Source: Lama guanicoe
Taxonomy: Eukaryota
Length of the DNA stretch: 64,000 nt
NCBI GenBank assembly: GCA_013239625.1
Contig: MU057201.1
Location: 124,001 to 188,000, forward strand
Reading direction: 5' to 3'
In this document: positions 1 through 13,300 of the stretch, in pieces
Layout of the letters: each line of letters begins with the position of its first letter
Numbering within the stretch: the stretch's first letter is position 1
Program-made: the position numbers and the translations under genes
The notes under the pieces: model-generated
The model's database searches: none
The model's input: the letters and a program-made list of their open reading frames with translations, nothing else
Told to the model about the DNA's origin: nothing

Positions 1-739
1 AAAGCTACATCATGAAAAAGCTCATGTGTCATGCTAAGGCATATATCAGTTATTCTGTATTCACTGGGAACCATGGAAAGATAGTGAATGAGTAACTGAT
101 ATGATTAGGTTTGTGATTTAATGTTCACTCTGGGGCTGATGTTGAAGATAGACGGTGGAAAGATGGAATGTGGGCCACGACCAGTAATGAGTATTCTGCA
201 GGTGATAGTTATCCAGGGCTTAAAGACAAAGAAGATGAGCAGATAAAAGTGACATTCAGATTCATTAGAACTTGGTGATTAGTTGGAAAAGGAGATTGGG
301 GAGAGATAGGGATCTGGGATGAGACCAAGTTTCTGGCTTAGGAATTAGACCATTCTTGGATCTGACACTAGCCAGGCTCTCTTTACCTCTTTGATTCCTT
401 TGCTTGGAATATTTTGTGTTTCCTCTTTTCTTTCCCATAACTTTCAACAAACCAGTTCTTACTCATTGGATCTGTTCACTTCATTCAGAGGTTCTTCCTG
501 AGCCACCAAGTCTATTTTAGTAGTTCCTTTAATGGTCATCTCATAGGTCCTCAAACTTTTGTATAGCACCATATTGAAATAGAACGAATCTCATTAAATT
601 GTGGATATTCGCCTCATTTTTTAACAGGTTTAAAAATCAACTGTAGACTGAGTTACCATTTACATGCAATAAAATCACCCATTTTAAGTGTACATTTCAA
701 TGCATTTTGAAATAATACATACATACATATATATATATA

Positions 740-1330
740 CTGATTTCCCCACCTTATCCTTAGTTTCTCTTTCTGTGTGATCAGTTACCCATAGTCAACT
801 GTGGTTTGAAGATATTAAATGGAGAATTCCAGAAATAAACAATCATAAGTTTTAAATTTCATGCCGTTTGAGCAGCCTGATGAAATCTCTCAGTATCACG
901 GCCCTCCCTGACCATCCCAACTGCCCGGGATCTCCAACCATGATGTCATCTGCTCCTGATATCCAGCCATCCACATCGCCATAGCTTGATGATCCAGTAT
1001 CACCTGGAGCAGATGATTCTTCCGACATAATCATCAGAAGGTCAATAGTAGCCTAACACTAGGTTACAATGCCCACATCATTCCTCACTTCATCTCATCG
1101 TGTAAGCATTTTATCATCTCACATCATCACAAAAAGAAGGGTGAAAATAGTACAATGAGATATTTTAAGAGAGACAGAGAGAGAGACCACATTCATATAA
1201 CTTTTATTCCTGTATATTGTTATAATTGTTCTATTTTATTGTTGTTGTTGTTGTTGTTAATCTCCTAGTGTGCCTAAACTTTATCTGTGGCTTTAGGAAT
1301 CCACTGGCGGGGGGGTGGGGGTCTTAGAAC
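740..1330 (+). mobile_element. MER44/Tigger7-like DNA transposon
   Basis: Starts ccccaccttatcc...cagttacccatagtcaactgtgg...aaatggagaattccagaaataaacaat, resembling the MER44 consensus. Confidence 0.7.
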
Positions 1331-1336
1331 ATATGC

Positions 1337-1394
1337 CTCATACACTCACACACATATACACGTATACATGTGTATATGTGTGTGAGTGTATGAG
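1337..1394. repeat. Perfect 25-bp inverted repeat with 8-nt loop, made of CA/TG microsatellite-like arms
   Basis: ctcatacactcacacacatatacac (1337-1361) is the exact reverse complement of 1370-1394. Confidence 0.95.
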
Positions 1395-1424
1395 TGTGTT
1401 TTAACTGTCTTCTATGCACCCCAT

Positions 1425-1890
1425 TAGTAAGGAAGAGTTTCCTGCCCTAGGATTATGGGAATGGCTGAACACATGACACCTGACACTGGGCAGATAAGAC
1501 CAACAACAGTTTATTGGTCATATACACTCACAACTCAGAGGAGGACACTGTATGCCACTTGGAGGGTTGCACTTGGGAACAGAGTGAGCAAAGCAGGGGC
1601 TATGGGAGGCAGGCTGTGTAGTATAGGGAGGATGTGGTGCCTCTGCTTCCTGGAGGGAGGATGTAATTGGCTGGTTTGAATAATCACTCATGCTGGCAAG
1701 AAACTGAAACCCTCTCCTCAGGGATAAGCAAGAACTGTGCCTGGTCTGAGTTGTTTGTCTGGGGAACCCTATCCGTGGGAGCAGAGTCGGGAGGGGAACT
1801 TGTAGTTAGAGCACTTGAGGTCTTCCAAGGTTCCCCAGATGTGAAGGCAGCACACAATATTGGGCCTTAATTTTAGGTCTTACACCAGGG
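1425..1890 (-). mobile_element. Old ERV/ERVL-type LTR
   Basis: Minus-strand AATAAA at about 1510 and LTR-like composition; it interrupts an L1 fragment. Confidence 0.45.
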
Positions 1891-1924
1891 TATGCAAATA
1901 CGTATGTACAGATGTATATGTGAG

Positions 1925-2875
1925 TGTGAACACCACCACAATCAGGATACAGAACATTTCTGTCACTCGAAAACATTTGCTTGTGCCACTTTGCAACGAG
2001 TCACCCCCTAGTCCAAGCAATCCAGCCCTATAGATTAGTTTTTCCTATTCCAGGACTATAAATGAAATTATCCAGTATGTACTATTTTATGTCTGGCTTT
2101 CTTCACTTCAGCATAATGCTTCAGTATTCATCCATGTTATAGCATGTCTCAGTACTTCATCCTTTTTATTGGTAGGTAGTAGTCCAATGTATGGATATAC
2201 CAAATTTGTTTTATTTAGAAATCCGCTTGATGAAAATGTGCGTAGTTTCTACTTTTAGTCGTGAATAAAGCTTTTATGAAAATTATTATGCAAGACTTTA
2301 TTTGAGCATATGTTTTTCTTTCTAGGGCAAATACCCAGGAGTGGAATTTCTAAGTTATATGGCTGGTGTATATTTAAGTTAATAAGAAATTGCCAAACTG
2401 TTTTCCAACATGGGTTTTCAATTACACACTCCCACCAGCAATATATGAAAGTTCCAGTTTCTCTACTTCCTCACCAGCACTTGCTGTTGTCATTATTTTA
2501 ATGTATTTTTAATTTATTATTTTTAATTTTACGCATTCTAGTGTGGATGAGTCTTACCTCATTGTATTTTTATTTTCCTTTCCCTGATGAACAGTAATAT
2601 TAAGCACATTACTCATATCTTTATTGCCCATTTGTATATCTTCTTTATGAAGGATCTGTTCAAGTCCCTGGGCCATTTTTAATTGTCATTTTTCTCCTTA
2701 TTACTGAGTGATAGTGGTTCTTTATATAGTACAGATAATAGTCCTTTGTCAGATATATGTATTTCAAATGTTTTTTTCTAGGTCTGTACCTTGTTTTTCA
2801 ATTCTCTGAAAGTTATCTTTTGAAGTATGTTTTTCATACTTTATATGAAGTCCAATTTATAATTTTTGTCTTTTG
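1925..2875 (-). mobile_element. Ancient L1 (L1M) 3' fragment
   Basis: Typical antisense L1 strings such as aagaaattgccaaactgttttcca, cactcccaccagcaatatatga and tcctttgtcagatatatg. Confidence 0.8.
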
Positions 2876-2879
2876 TGAT

Positions 2880-3690
2880 TTGAGGTCCTCCAAAAAGCAG
2901 ATGCCCAGATGGAATTAGGCATTCAAGTAGTTTATTGGGGGAAACATCTGAGGAGGATAAAGAAGAGGAGGAGAAGAAGGGCAGGTGAGAAGAGGCTTCA
3001 GTCCATAATGCCAGGAAAGAGAGAAGAAAGAACAAGCCTTAGCCCACAGTTCATGTCTGAAAAAAATCTCATTTGGGCCAATGGGGGAGTCAGAACAAAG
3101 ATCGTTATTGGAGTCCTGTGTCAGACAGGAATGGCCTACTTCTCGTACCCCTGCTCTGCTCAGTCATTGGCTAGTAGCAACCTAAAGAGAGCTTGACCTC
3201 AGTGCGAAGACTACATTAGATCCAAAAGTACAGCAGCTGGAAGGTGGCTCTCAGTCTTATCCTTATAGAAGTTTGTCTTGAAGGGACATCTGAGTGGCAC
3301 ACTTCCACAGGTACCTCCGTGCACCCCTCGTTCAGCACAGATACACATCTCCATGCAGGTTAAGGGCGCATCCTTCATGGTTGCCATGGCCTCTCTTCCT
3401 GAGGGGAAACTCAGAAGATGTAGATTAGCTACAGGCCCTGTTGCTGTAATTGGTCTCCCGGTCACAGTTGTGACTCACTCTCCACCTCCTCCACTATCCA
3501 GCCTAAAATTCCATCATTTTCAGATTTAATCTTGCAGGTCTTGGTGGCTTATCTGGTCATAAGGTCTTGAGCCCTTGGTAACCATATCCCTTTCAGCCCA
3601 GGGGTGCTGCAAATGCGCAGCAATTCACAGTTAAAACTGAACAAGGGAGTATCAGGCGGTGCCAAGTGAATCACCTGGGTCCAAGCCAAC
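2880..3690 (-). mobile_element. ERVL-type LTR plus internal fragment
   Basis: LTR-like opening with minus-strand AATAAA at about 2931; the downstream sequence resembles ERVL internal remnants. Confidence 0.45.
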
Positions 3691-3699
3691 TAGAGTTTG

Positions 3700-4250
3700 T
3701 TTCCTTCTTTTTTTAAGGCTGAAGAATATTCCATTGCATGTATATACTCCATTTTCTTTATCAATTCACTCATTGATGGACGTTTAGGTTGAGTTCATAT
3801 CTTGGCTATTGTGAATAATGCTGCAATGAGCGTGGGAGTGCAGGTCTNNNNNNNNNNNNNNNNNNNNNNNNNNNNNNNNNNNNNNNNNNNNNNNNNNNNN
3901 NNNNNNNNNNNNNNNNNNNNNNNNNNNNNNNNNNNNNNNNNNNNNNNNNNNNNNNNNNNNNNNNNNNNNNNNNNNNNNNNNNNNNNNNNNNNNNNNNNNN
4001 NNNNNNNNNNNNNGGAGCTCTACATCCTTACCAACACTTTATCTTTTGTTGTTGTTGTTTTCAACAATAACCATCCTAACAGGTGTGAGGTGACAGACAT
4101 CTCATTGTGGTTTTGATTTGCATTGCCCTGATGATTAGTGACGTTGAGTACTTTGCATAATTCTGTAAATAAACGAAAAGCCACTGACATGTACACTTTA
4201 AATAGGTGACTTTTAAGATATGCCAATTATATCTCAATAAAGCTGTTAAG
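3700..4250. mobile_element. L1 3' fragments (antisense, then sense) around an N gap
   Basis: ttggctattgtgaataatgctgcaatg, gttttgatttgcattgccctgatgattagtga and ttatatctcaataaagctgtt. Confidence 0.75.
3848..4013. other. N gap
   Basis: Run of N. Confidence 1.
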
Positions 4251-4284
4251 AATAAAAATGGTCCCAGGACAGACAGTATATTGG

Positions 4285-4470
4285 TCAAGAGTACAGGGCT
4301 TCTGGTATCTTTGATGTGAGTCCCAGTTCTGCTACTTTTTAGCTGTAGGACCTCAGGCAAATTAGACAGCCTTTGCTAAGCCTCAGTTGCCTCAACTATA
4401 AATGGTGCTTACTTCATGAGGGTGTTGAAGATCAGACAAGAACATCTGTGTAAGGTTCTTGGGACCTAGG
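4285..4470 (+). mobile_element. MIR SINE
   Basis: cccagttctgctactttttagctgtaggacctcaggcaaatta...cctcagtt, resembling the MIR core. Confidence 0.6.
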
Positions 4471-5229
4471 GAGGCTCAAAAATCTCCAGCCATTTTGTGT
4501 GATATAGGTCTTCATCTCTAATTCAAGGACATCCTTTAAATGAAATGAAGTGAGCCTTCTAAAAATTGCAAAAAAAATACTATAGATCTAAGGAATTATT
4601 TTGCAGAAATATAGTAAGAAGTGAGATTTTTCTGGACATCAGCCAGGTTTATACATAAATTAACAATCTTATTACTGCATTCTTTTCCCCACAACCTATA
4701 AATGATTTTTAACTAGCTCTGTCGTTCTGCTGGTTTCCTAAATAATGCATTAAATAAAATTGTAATAGGTGTTCATCAACAAGCTGTGTGAGGATTATGG
4801 TTGTAACAATCTGAGGGTTGTACTTTCAAACCACTTATTACACAAGTTGTTTCCACCCAGATTGTTCTGGAACCTAAGAATTCAAGACACTATATCACTC
4901 AAAGGCCACTATGTCCCTTCTGTGTCTATATTTCCAATATGAAATTTTTTGTACACATGTGTCACAAAATTTGTGTAATTTTATCTTAACTTTTAGAGTT
5001 CAAGTCTATATTGGCCTCAACAGACCATCAAAAAAAAAGGTTAATTGCATTTTCTCTCATGCCTCTTATATTTATATTCTACTTGTTATCAGTCTTCATG
5101 TTTCTCCCTCCTTTGATATTCACTTCTGAAGTGGGGCTTAATGGTGGGGGACAGACTAAATTGCTGAGAAGGAAGTTAGGGAAAAAAACCCATGAATGAC
5201 AACTGTTATGGGTGAGATGGCGAAGTAAT

Positions 5230-5405
5230 TGCTATGAACTGAATGTTTGTGTCCCTCGTCCTGAATCCATATGTTGAAGCCCTAATCCCCAGTGTGGTGG
5301 TATTTGAAGGTAGGGCATTTGGCGAGGTTATTAGGCTTAGATGAGGTCATGAGTTGGAGCGCTCAAGATACGCTTAGTGTCCTTATAAGAAGAGAAGAGA
5401 TAGGA

Positions 5406-5442
<37 letters not shown>

Positions 5443-5626
5443 CTCTCTCACTCTCCACCATGTAAGGATACAGTAAAAAGGCAGCAAAAGGGGCCCTCAC
5501 AAGACACGTGATGTGCCAGCACCTTGAGTTTGGACTTCCTAGCCTCTAGAACTGAGAAAAAATAAATGTTCTGTTGTTTAAGACACCAAGTCTATGTTAT
5601 TTTATTATAGCAGCCTGAACTGAGAT
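5230..5626 (+). mobile_element. MLT1A/B-type MaLR LTR with internal (CT)n
   Basis: tgctatgaactgaatgtttgtgtccc...gttgaagccctaatcccc...ggacttcctagcctctagaactgaga...tatagcagcctgaactgaga. Confidence 0.85.
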
Positions 5627-7227
5627 GCTAATGAAAAATAACCTCCCTTCTCTACTTACAAATGCCATTTTTTCTTCTGTTGCTTTATACAATCTTTCAA
5701 TAATGCTCATGATTAATTCTTGCAAAATATCAACGCTCCCCTAGACATCTGTATCACAAAAAGGAATTGGGATGATACAACTAGTGTAAACAAAGGAACA
5801 GTCCCCAACAGAACCATTGTGGCAGGAGGAAGAACACTGCAGGGAATTTTTGTTGAGGGAGGTAGGGGGTTACCAGCACTGTTCAAAGGATCCCCCACAG
5901 TCCCTGCCCATTCCACCTGCCTCGAGAGCTGGGCAGACACAGATAGCAGGGAATATGCTGGATCTACTCCATAAAGTAAACTGCTTCCAAACAGCTCTCA
6001 AACCACTTCAGCAGAATCTATGTTTAAAACCAAACAGTGAATATGCTTATCACAATCGTCTTTCATACCCATCCAGGAAGGCTGACTGCCAGTACCTTGA
6101 ACTGGAACCTCATAATCAGCCTGCTTTCAATTATTTTAAGAACGTGTGAATCATAAAATTTAATTTCATTAAGCAATTCAGATTTTTCCTCTGACTTCAA
6201 GACTTTGAACTCTTACATGCCAAATGGCAAGTTAATGGTGGTTTCAGCATTTGGAGCAACAAAAACATAACCAAGACAGGGCAAGTAACGTACCTCCACT
6301 CAATGTACGCTTGCAAACTACAACACATGAATGGCAAAAGCTTACTGGTTCAAATGAAAAAGAGAGAAAAAAACGTGAAAGAAAACACTAGTGTGATTTA
6401 TTCCTCTATCCCATGTTCTGGAAAAATAGTCAAAAGTTAGAAATGAGACAAAGCATTAGATTGTATAATCTTTGAACATTACACCAGAGAATGGTATATA
6501 TGCCCACCTGTGGATCATCTGACTCAGGATATTTAACTTTGTTGACCAACAGTTGGTAAGGGAGCACAGGCTTTTGACAGTAGTATAAATATAAACGGCT
6601 AAACTGCAGATAAGCAAGGAGGAATGACTTTTTCCTCCTCACTAGGGAAGTTTAGCGTTCTATTGTCCCACAGGTCTTCAACCAGGTTTGTATACAAACA
6701 ATATCATCTCTGCATGCTTTTTCCCACCCCCACTACCTACACAGTGAAGGTTCTAGAAATGTTTTTCAAAAGCACCTGCATATTTCTACTGGCTTCCTGA
6801 ATCATGGGTTAAATAAAACTCTGACATTGTTCACCATTTGTGTGGGATTAATGGTTTGTGGCAATTTGGGTGCCTTCAAATGGCTTTTGGAAACGAGGAA
6901 AACTTTTCAGAGAAGCCTTCTGGCTGACTTCTCACATCACCTCGGCCAAAATAAACATCCATTTCTTAGGAGGCTTGAACAATCCTAACTGGTTTAGAGG
7001 ATTTATTATCTGGGATTGAATGGTCGCTAGTGGGGTCTCCATCCCCAAGAACATTTAAGAATTTTGACCTTGGTATTTTACATGCAAGAGTCAATGGAGA
7101 TGACGGTGTCTCTAATGGCACCCACGGAAGGGAGAGGGATATATCTTCTGGACCCCTCTTACATGAACAGGGAGGGAGAGGTGCCATATTCACTGAGACT
7201 CAACTTCTTTTTAAATAGTGTCTGACA

Positions 7228-7233
7228 TTTATT
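7228..7233 (-). terminator. Probable RTL8 polyadenylation signal (AATAAA)
   Basis: tttatt on the plus strand at the end of the GC-rich 3' UTR, giving an mRNA of about 1.3 kb. Confidence 0.7.
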
Positions 7234-7389
7234 GAAAATAAGGAAAAGACATTTGTCCAGGTAGTGTAGAAGAGCTGGGTAGAATATAAGAGTTATACTG
7301 TTGATCAACAAACACGTAACTAAGAAAATACTGCAAATTCAGAAGAGAACCGGATTCTGGGCGAAACTAACAGGTCCACAGGAGACAAT

Positions 7390-8720
<1,331 letters not shown>

Positions 8721-9009
8721 GGTCACCGAAGGAGCCCAGAATACCTAGTGTTCAGTGGTGAGGGCGAAACCTGCTTGGAAGCCCTTGGAGAGAGAAGGGC
8801 TAAGTGCTCTGGAGTAGAGAAGTAGGCCTGGTGCCCACCCTCCCTGTTGGCCATTCACTTGCACTTCCGAGTTCATTGGAGGACACTCGGCCTCTGGATG
8901 CCCCTTGTGTGAGGTTCTGTTGTGAACATATTTTTTTATTTATGCATCTCTCAGCCAGAGATTATTGGCACTCAGACTGCAGATGTGGTTACCTGCAACA
9001 TTAATGGGA

Positions 9010-9820
9010 AAGCCCCAAATATTAGCCAACATAATTCAGAGCAGCATATTCAAAGAATGATGAACCATGATTGGAGAATGTAAGGAAGGTTTAATGTTAA
9101 GAAATCTCTTAACTTACTATATTAAAGACCAAAAGAGTATAATCAAGAAAGAATATAAGAATAGATGGATGCTTTCCAAATGAAACTTTATACATTTTCA
9201 TATGTAAGAATAAATAAGAGGAATAAGTAATAGTTTTAACAAATTGGAAAGGCAGGTGGGAGGATTAGCCATTACCTGTTATATCTGAATTCAGTTTTAT
9301 GACTGAGTATAAAATTAATATAAATTTATCACCAGTTTTCATATATATGGAAAATAACCAGTTAAAATATATAATGGTAGAAGACCCTATTCAGAAAAGC
9401 AATTCAAAGGAAATAGTGCCTAGGAATGTATTTTTTAAATTGTAAAAACCACATGAAGAAATGTTTTAAATGCTAAAGAAGGGTACAAAAGAATACTCAA
9501 ACAAATGGAATGATATCCCCAGATCTGGGATAGGTTGATACAATATCATAAAGTTGTTAAATTTTCCTAAGTTAAATTATACTTCCAACACATTTCCAGT
9601 GATGGAGTTTTGTCATGAGACAATATTGTGCTTAATCAAATTACATGCATTATTTTTTCCTCCAACATAATCCTACCAAAACACCAAGAAGTTTTTGTTT
9701 TGATTAGACATGCTGATTTTAAGGTCCATATGGAAGAATACACAAGCAAAAATAGTATGAAAATTTTTGAAAGATAAAGGTAATGAGGGATGATTTGCTT
9801 CAACAGATGTTCACAAATCT
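9010..9820 (+). mobile_element. Ancient L1 ORF2 fragments
   Basis: aaatattagccaacataattca..., aaatggaatgatatcccc...caatatcataaag and aaggtccatatggaagaa, matching L1 ORF2 remnants. Confidence 0.6.
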
Positions 9821-10309
9821 GTTATTATTTATTGGTTATTTTTATTGTCTTTTCCTCCTGACTAAAATCCAAGATGCTGGCAACCTCAGGTATCCATTAT
9901 CTTAAACAATTCCTTCTGATATTTTTTCCAGTAAATGCCTTGGGGATAGGGCTTTCCCATAGCCAGGTCCCAGTCTGGTGAAATAAACACTGTCCTGAGA
10001 ATGGGACTTTTTCAGGGAGTGACAACAGGTCAAATAGTGCCCTAGGTTGGGACTTTTCAGTCAGATCTACCACATCCACATGTTTGCATTGAGAGACTGT
10101 TTTCCTTCACTAAAGCCTGCCTGCCTGGGAATTCTGCTCATCAGACCTCAGCCTGCCTACCTCATGGCCTTATCACCATCCTCTTGCCCAGGGCCTTGGG
10201 AATCACCCCACATAACCAGGATTAGCATCCTTTCCTCTACCCCAGGCTTCAGCCACCCTCTCTGCCTTGGCCTTCCAGGCAGGCAGGTGTGTTTAATAGG
10301 CCAGACACA

Positions 10310-12285
10310 GCTTGTGTTAAATAGTAGACTGAAAGATATGTCATAAGAAAATATCCAGAATGAAGCACAGAAAGATAAACAGATGAAAAATATAGATAAG
10401 GTAAGACACATAGAGGAGAGTGTGAAAAGGATTAGATTATACTTAGTTGGAGTTTCAGAAGAAGAGAAGAAAGAAAATAAAACAAAAGCAATATTTGAAC
10501 AGATATTACCTGAGAACAAATAGCCAGCAGAGAAAAATGAAAGAAATATACACCTAAGCACAGGTTAGAAAAACTATTGAAAACCAAATGCAAATAGAAA
10601 AATTCTAAAGCTTTCAGGGGTTAAAACCAAATTACCTTCATAGTAGCAATAATTAGCCAGACGAAATATACTTCAAGAATGAAGATATTTTTATGCAAAA
10701 AAGAAAAAGAAGGGAAGTGGGTATAGCTCAGTGGTAGAGTACATGCTTAGCATGCATGAGGTCCTGGATTCAATTGCCAGTACCTCCGTTAAATAGATAA
10801 ACAAACAAACAAACATAATTAACCCTCCCCCACGCCCCCCAAAAAGAAAAAGAAAAACCTGAGAGAACTTGTCACCAGCAGAATAGTACTTAAAAGAAGT
10901 ACTTCCTCAGGCAGAAGAGAAAATTTTAAATGAGTGAAAAGTAATAAACTGGAAAAATATGTGGGCAGATCTGAGCAAATACTGCCTTATAGGGTTTAAA
11001 ATGTGGAGAGAGACTTAAAATACACAAAAATAATGCCTAGAAATCAGTAGGGGAATATATGGAGATAAAGTTACCTAAGTTCTTGCTTTGCCTGGGGAGA
11101 TTTTAAAAGTACCACATAAGATCAGGATTTGATAAATCAAGGAAGCATGCTGTAATCTCTAATGAAACCACAAAGAATAGCAAACACACATAAAACTTCC
11201 AAGAGAATGAAGGAAGGGTAAGAAATGGAAAAACAAAATAATGAATTAAAAATAAGACAAAGGAGAGAAGAGGGAATACAGACCAGCAGGGCAGGACAAA
11301 TAAAAATCACCTTAAGATGATGGGTTTAATTCCAAATGTATCGGCAATGACATTAAATGTAAATAGACTATGTATGACAATTAGTATATGAGGATGGTCA
11401 GACTATATAAAAATGTGAAATTTGAAAATATTCTGTTTACAAGAGAAATCCTAAATTTAAGTTTGCATAGACGTTGGAATTGAAAGGGTGGGGGAATCTG
11501 TACTATGAAAGTAATAAAAACAAGCTGTTGCAACTAAATTAATAGCAGCCAAATAGACTTAAAGACAAAAAGTATAAGGAATAAGGAGGAACACTTCATG
11601 GCAAGTATGATAATGATCAGAAGGTCAATTCACTAGGAATATGTAACTTATCATTTTTATGTGCCTACTAACATAAATTTAAAATATTTGATGGTAATTG
11701 GATAGAAACTCCAGGAGAAATATAATTATAAATCCTTCATCATAGTGGAAGATATCTGATACAGTTTTCTCAGTAACTGATAGAACAAGTAGAAAAAGAA
11801 TCAGTAAGGAAATCAAAGATTTTTTATGACCTAGTGCAGCTGCACAGAACACTGCTAAGAATAACTGAGGATTGCACATTCTTTTGAAGGGGGGGCTTCT
11901 GGAGTGATGGAAATGTTTTCTTTCTTGACCTGAGTGAAGGGATCCTCCCATTTTCTTTTGAACACTTCCCTGTGAGTCAAAAATGGTGTCCCAAAAATGG
12001 TGGGGGGGGATAATTTTTTTAAACTGGCAAAGCTTACTATTTAGGGATGCAAGCTTACTCAGTGAAACTAAAAAGAAAAGTAAGGAGGTGATTACTATGA
12101 AAGTCAGGATAATGGTAACCTTTGAGAGGGAGGAATATTGCGATGAAGAGGAGCCAGGTGTGAGGTTTCAAGGTTGCTGGCAAATTATATTTCTTTTTGT
12201 GATTGGTAGTTCCAGGTTTTCTTTGTGATAAATCATTGAGTTGTGCATATCTGTGAGGTCCTGATATATACATCACAATGTCACA
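10310..12285 (+). mobile_element. Ancient L1 (ORF1, endonuclease start and 3' end fragments)
   Basis: A-rich; gttggagtttcagaagaagag (ORF1), atgacattaaatgtaaatagacta (endonuclease start), and an L1M 3' end at about 11880-12285. Confidence 0.7.
10712..10857 (+). mobile_element. tRNA-derived SINE (camelid Vic-1-like)
   Basis: A box gtatagctcagtggtagag, B box ggattcaattgcc, A-rich tail with C tract. Confidence 0.85.
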
Positions 12286-12899
12286 ATTGTATCAGAGTGT
12301 GTGCACGTGTACGTAGACTTGTCTTTCTGTATCATCCTGGGATGAGTGAAGCACAGGGTCAGCCTTTGATCTGCTCACTTCTGCCAGCACTCAGAACACA
12401 GCTCACCCACCCTACCAAGGGAGGTAAATGGTTTTACCATTTCCCTGGAACTGCCTCAGAAAGACAATTCTATGCTGTAGCCCCGAAATAGGGAGGGTGC
12501 CCAGGAGGCTAAATTAGCCAGAGCGGAAACTGCAGAGTTAGAGGGAGACTTAAGGAAGGTATTAGATAAGTCCTGGTGATTGCGCTAGAGCCAAGTGCTG
12601 CTCAGAGACGTGGCAGCCCTGGGAGGAGCTCCCCATTGTGCACGGGAACAGAGAAAGGAAGGGGTTCAGTGCTCCCCATCGCACTTGGAGGAAAATCCCC
12701 AACTGTGCCAGACATGACAAGACCCCATGACAAACTTACCCAGCCTACTTCTCCCTACCCACCTCTCCTAAACTCCAACCACACTCCTCACTCCTCCAGC
12801 CATTCTGCCCGCTTGTTTCTTAAACACAATAAGCTCAATTACTCACATGCATTCTTTTCTCAGACGGGGAAATAAATTGCCAAATATAAAATACAACAT

Positions 12900-13300
12900 T
12901 TGTATTAGTCATGTGTGTGGTGGGTGGGGGAGAGATTAATTGATTTATTATAAAGAACTGGCACACAATTGTGGAGACTGACAAGACCCAAGACCTGCAG
13001 TTTGTAAGCAGGAGACTCAGGAAAGCTAATTTTTCAGTTCAAATCAAAAGGCAGGAAAAAAACTGATGTCCCAGCACAAGGCAGGCAGGCAGGAGGTTTC
13101 CTTACCACTTGAGAGAATATCAGCCTTTTTGTTCCATTCAGGCTTTCAACTAATTGAATGGGGCCCTTCCACATTAGGGAGGGAAACCTGCTTTACTCAG
13201 TCTGCAAATTCACATGTTAATCGCACCTAGAAACATCCTCACAGCACACGTAAAATTATGTTTGACCAAATGTAGGAGCAACCCTGTGGCTCAGTCAAGT
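12900..13300 (+). mobile_element. MLT2-type LTR
   Basis: tgtattagtc...aaagaactggcacacaattgtggagactgacaag...ctgctttactcagtctg...tgtggctcagtcaagtt. Confidence 0.8.

Noticed and set aside
5640-7200. Non-repeat sequence downstream of RTL8 with scattered minus-strand splice-like sites
   Set aside because: No coherent exon chain or ORF can be supported from sequence alone.
10712-10790. tRNA gene calls for the GTATAGCTCAGTGGTAGAG sequences here and at the other copies
   Set aside because: They have A-rich tails, TSDs and diverged stems, so they are SINEs rather than tRNA genes.
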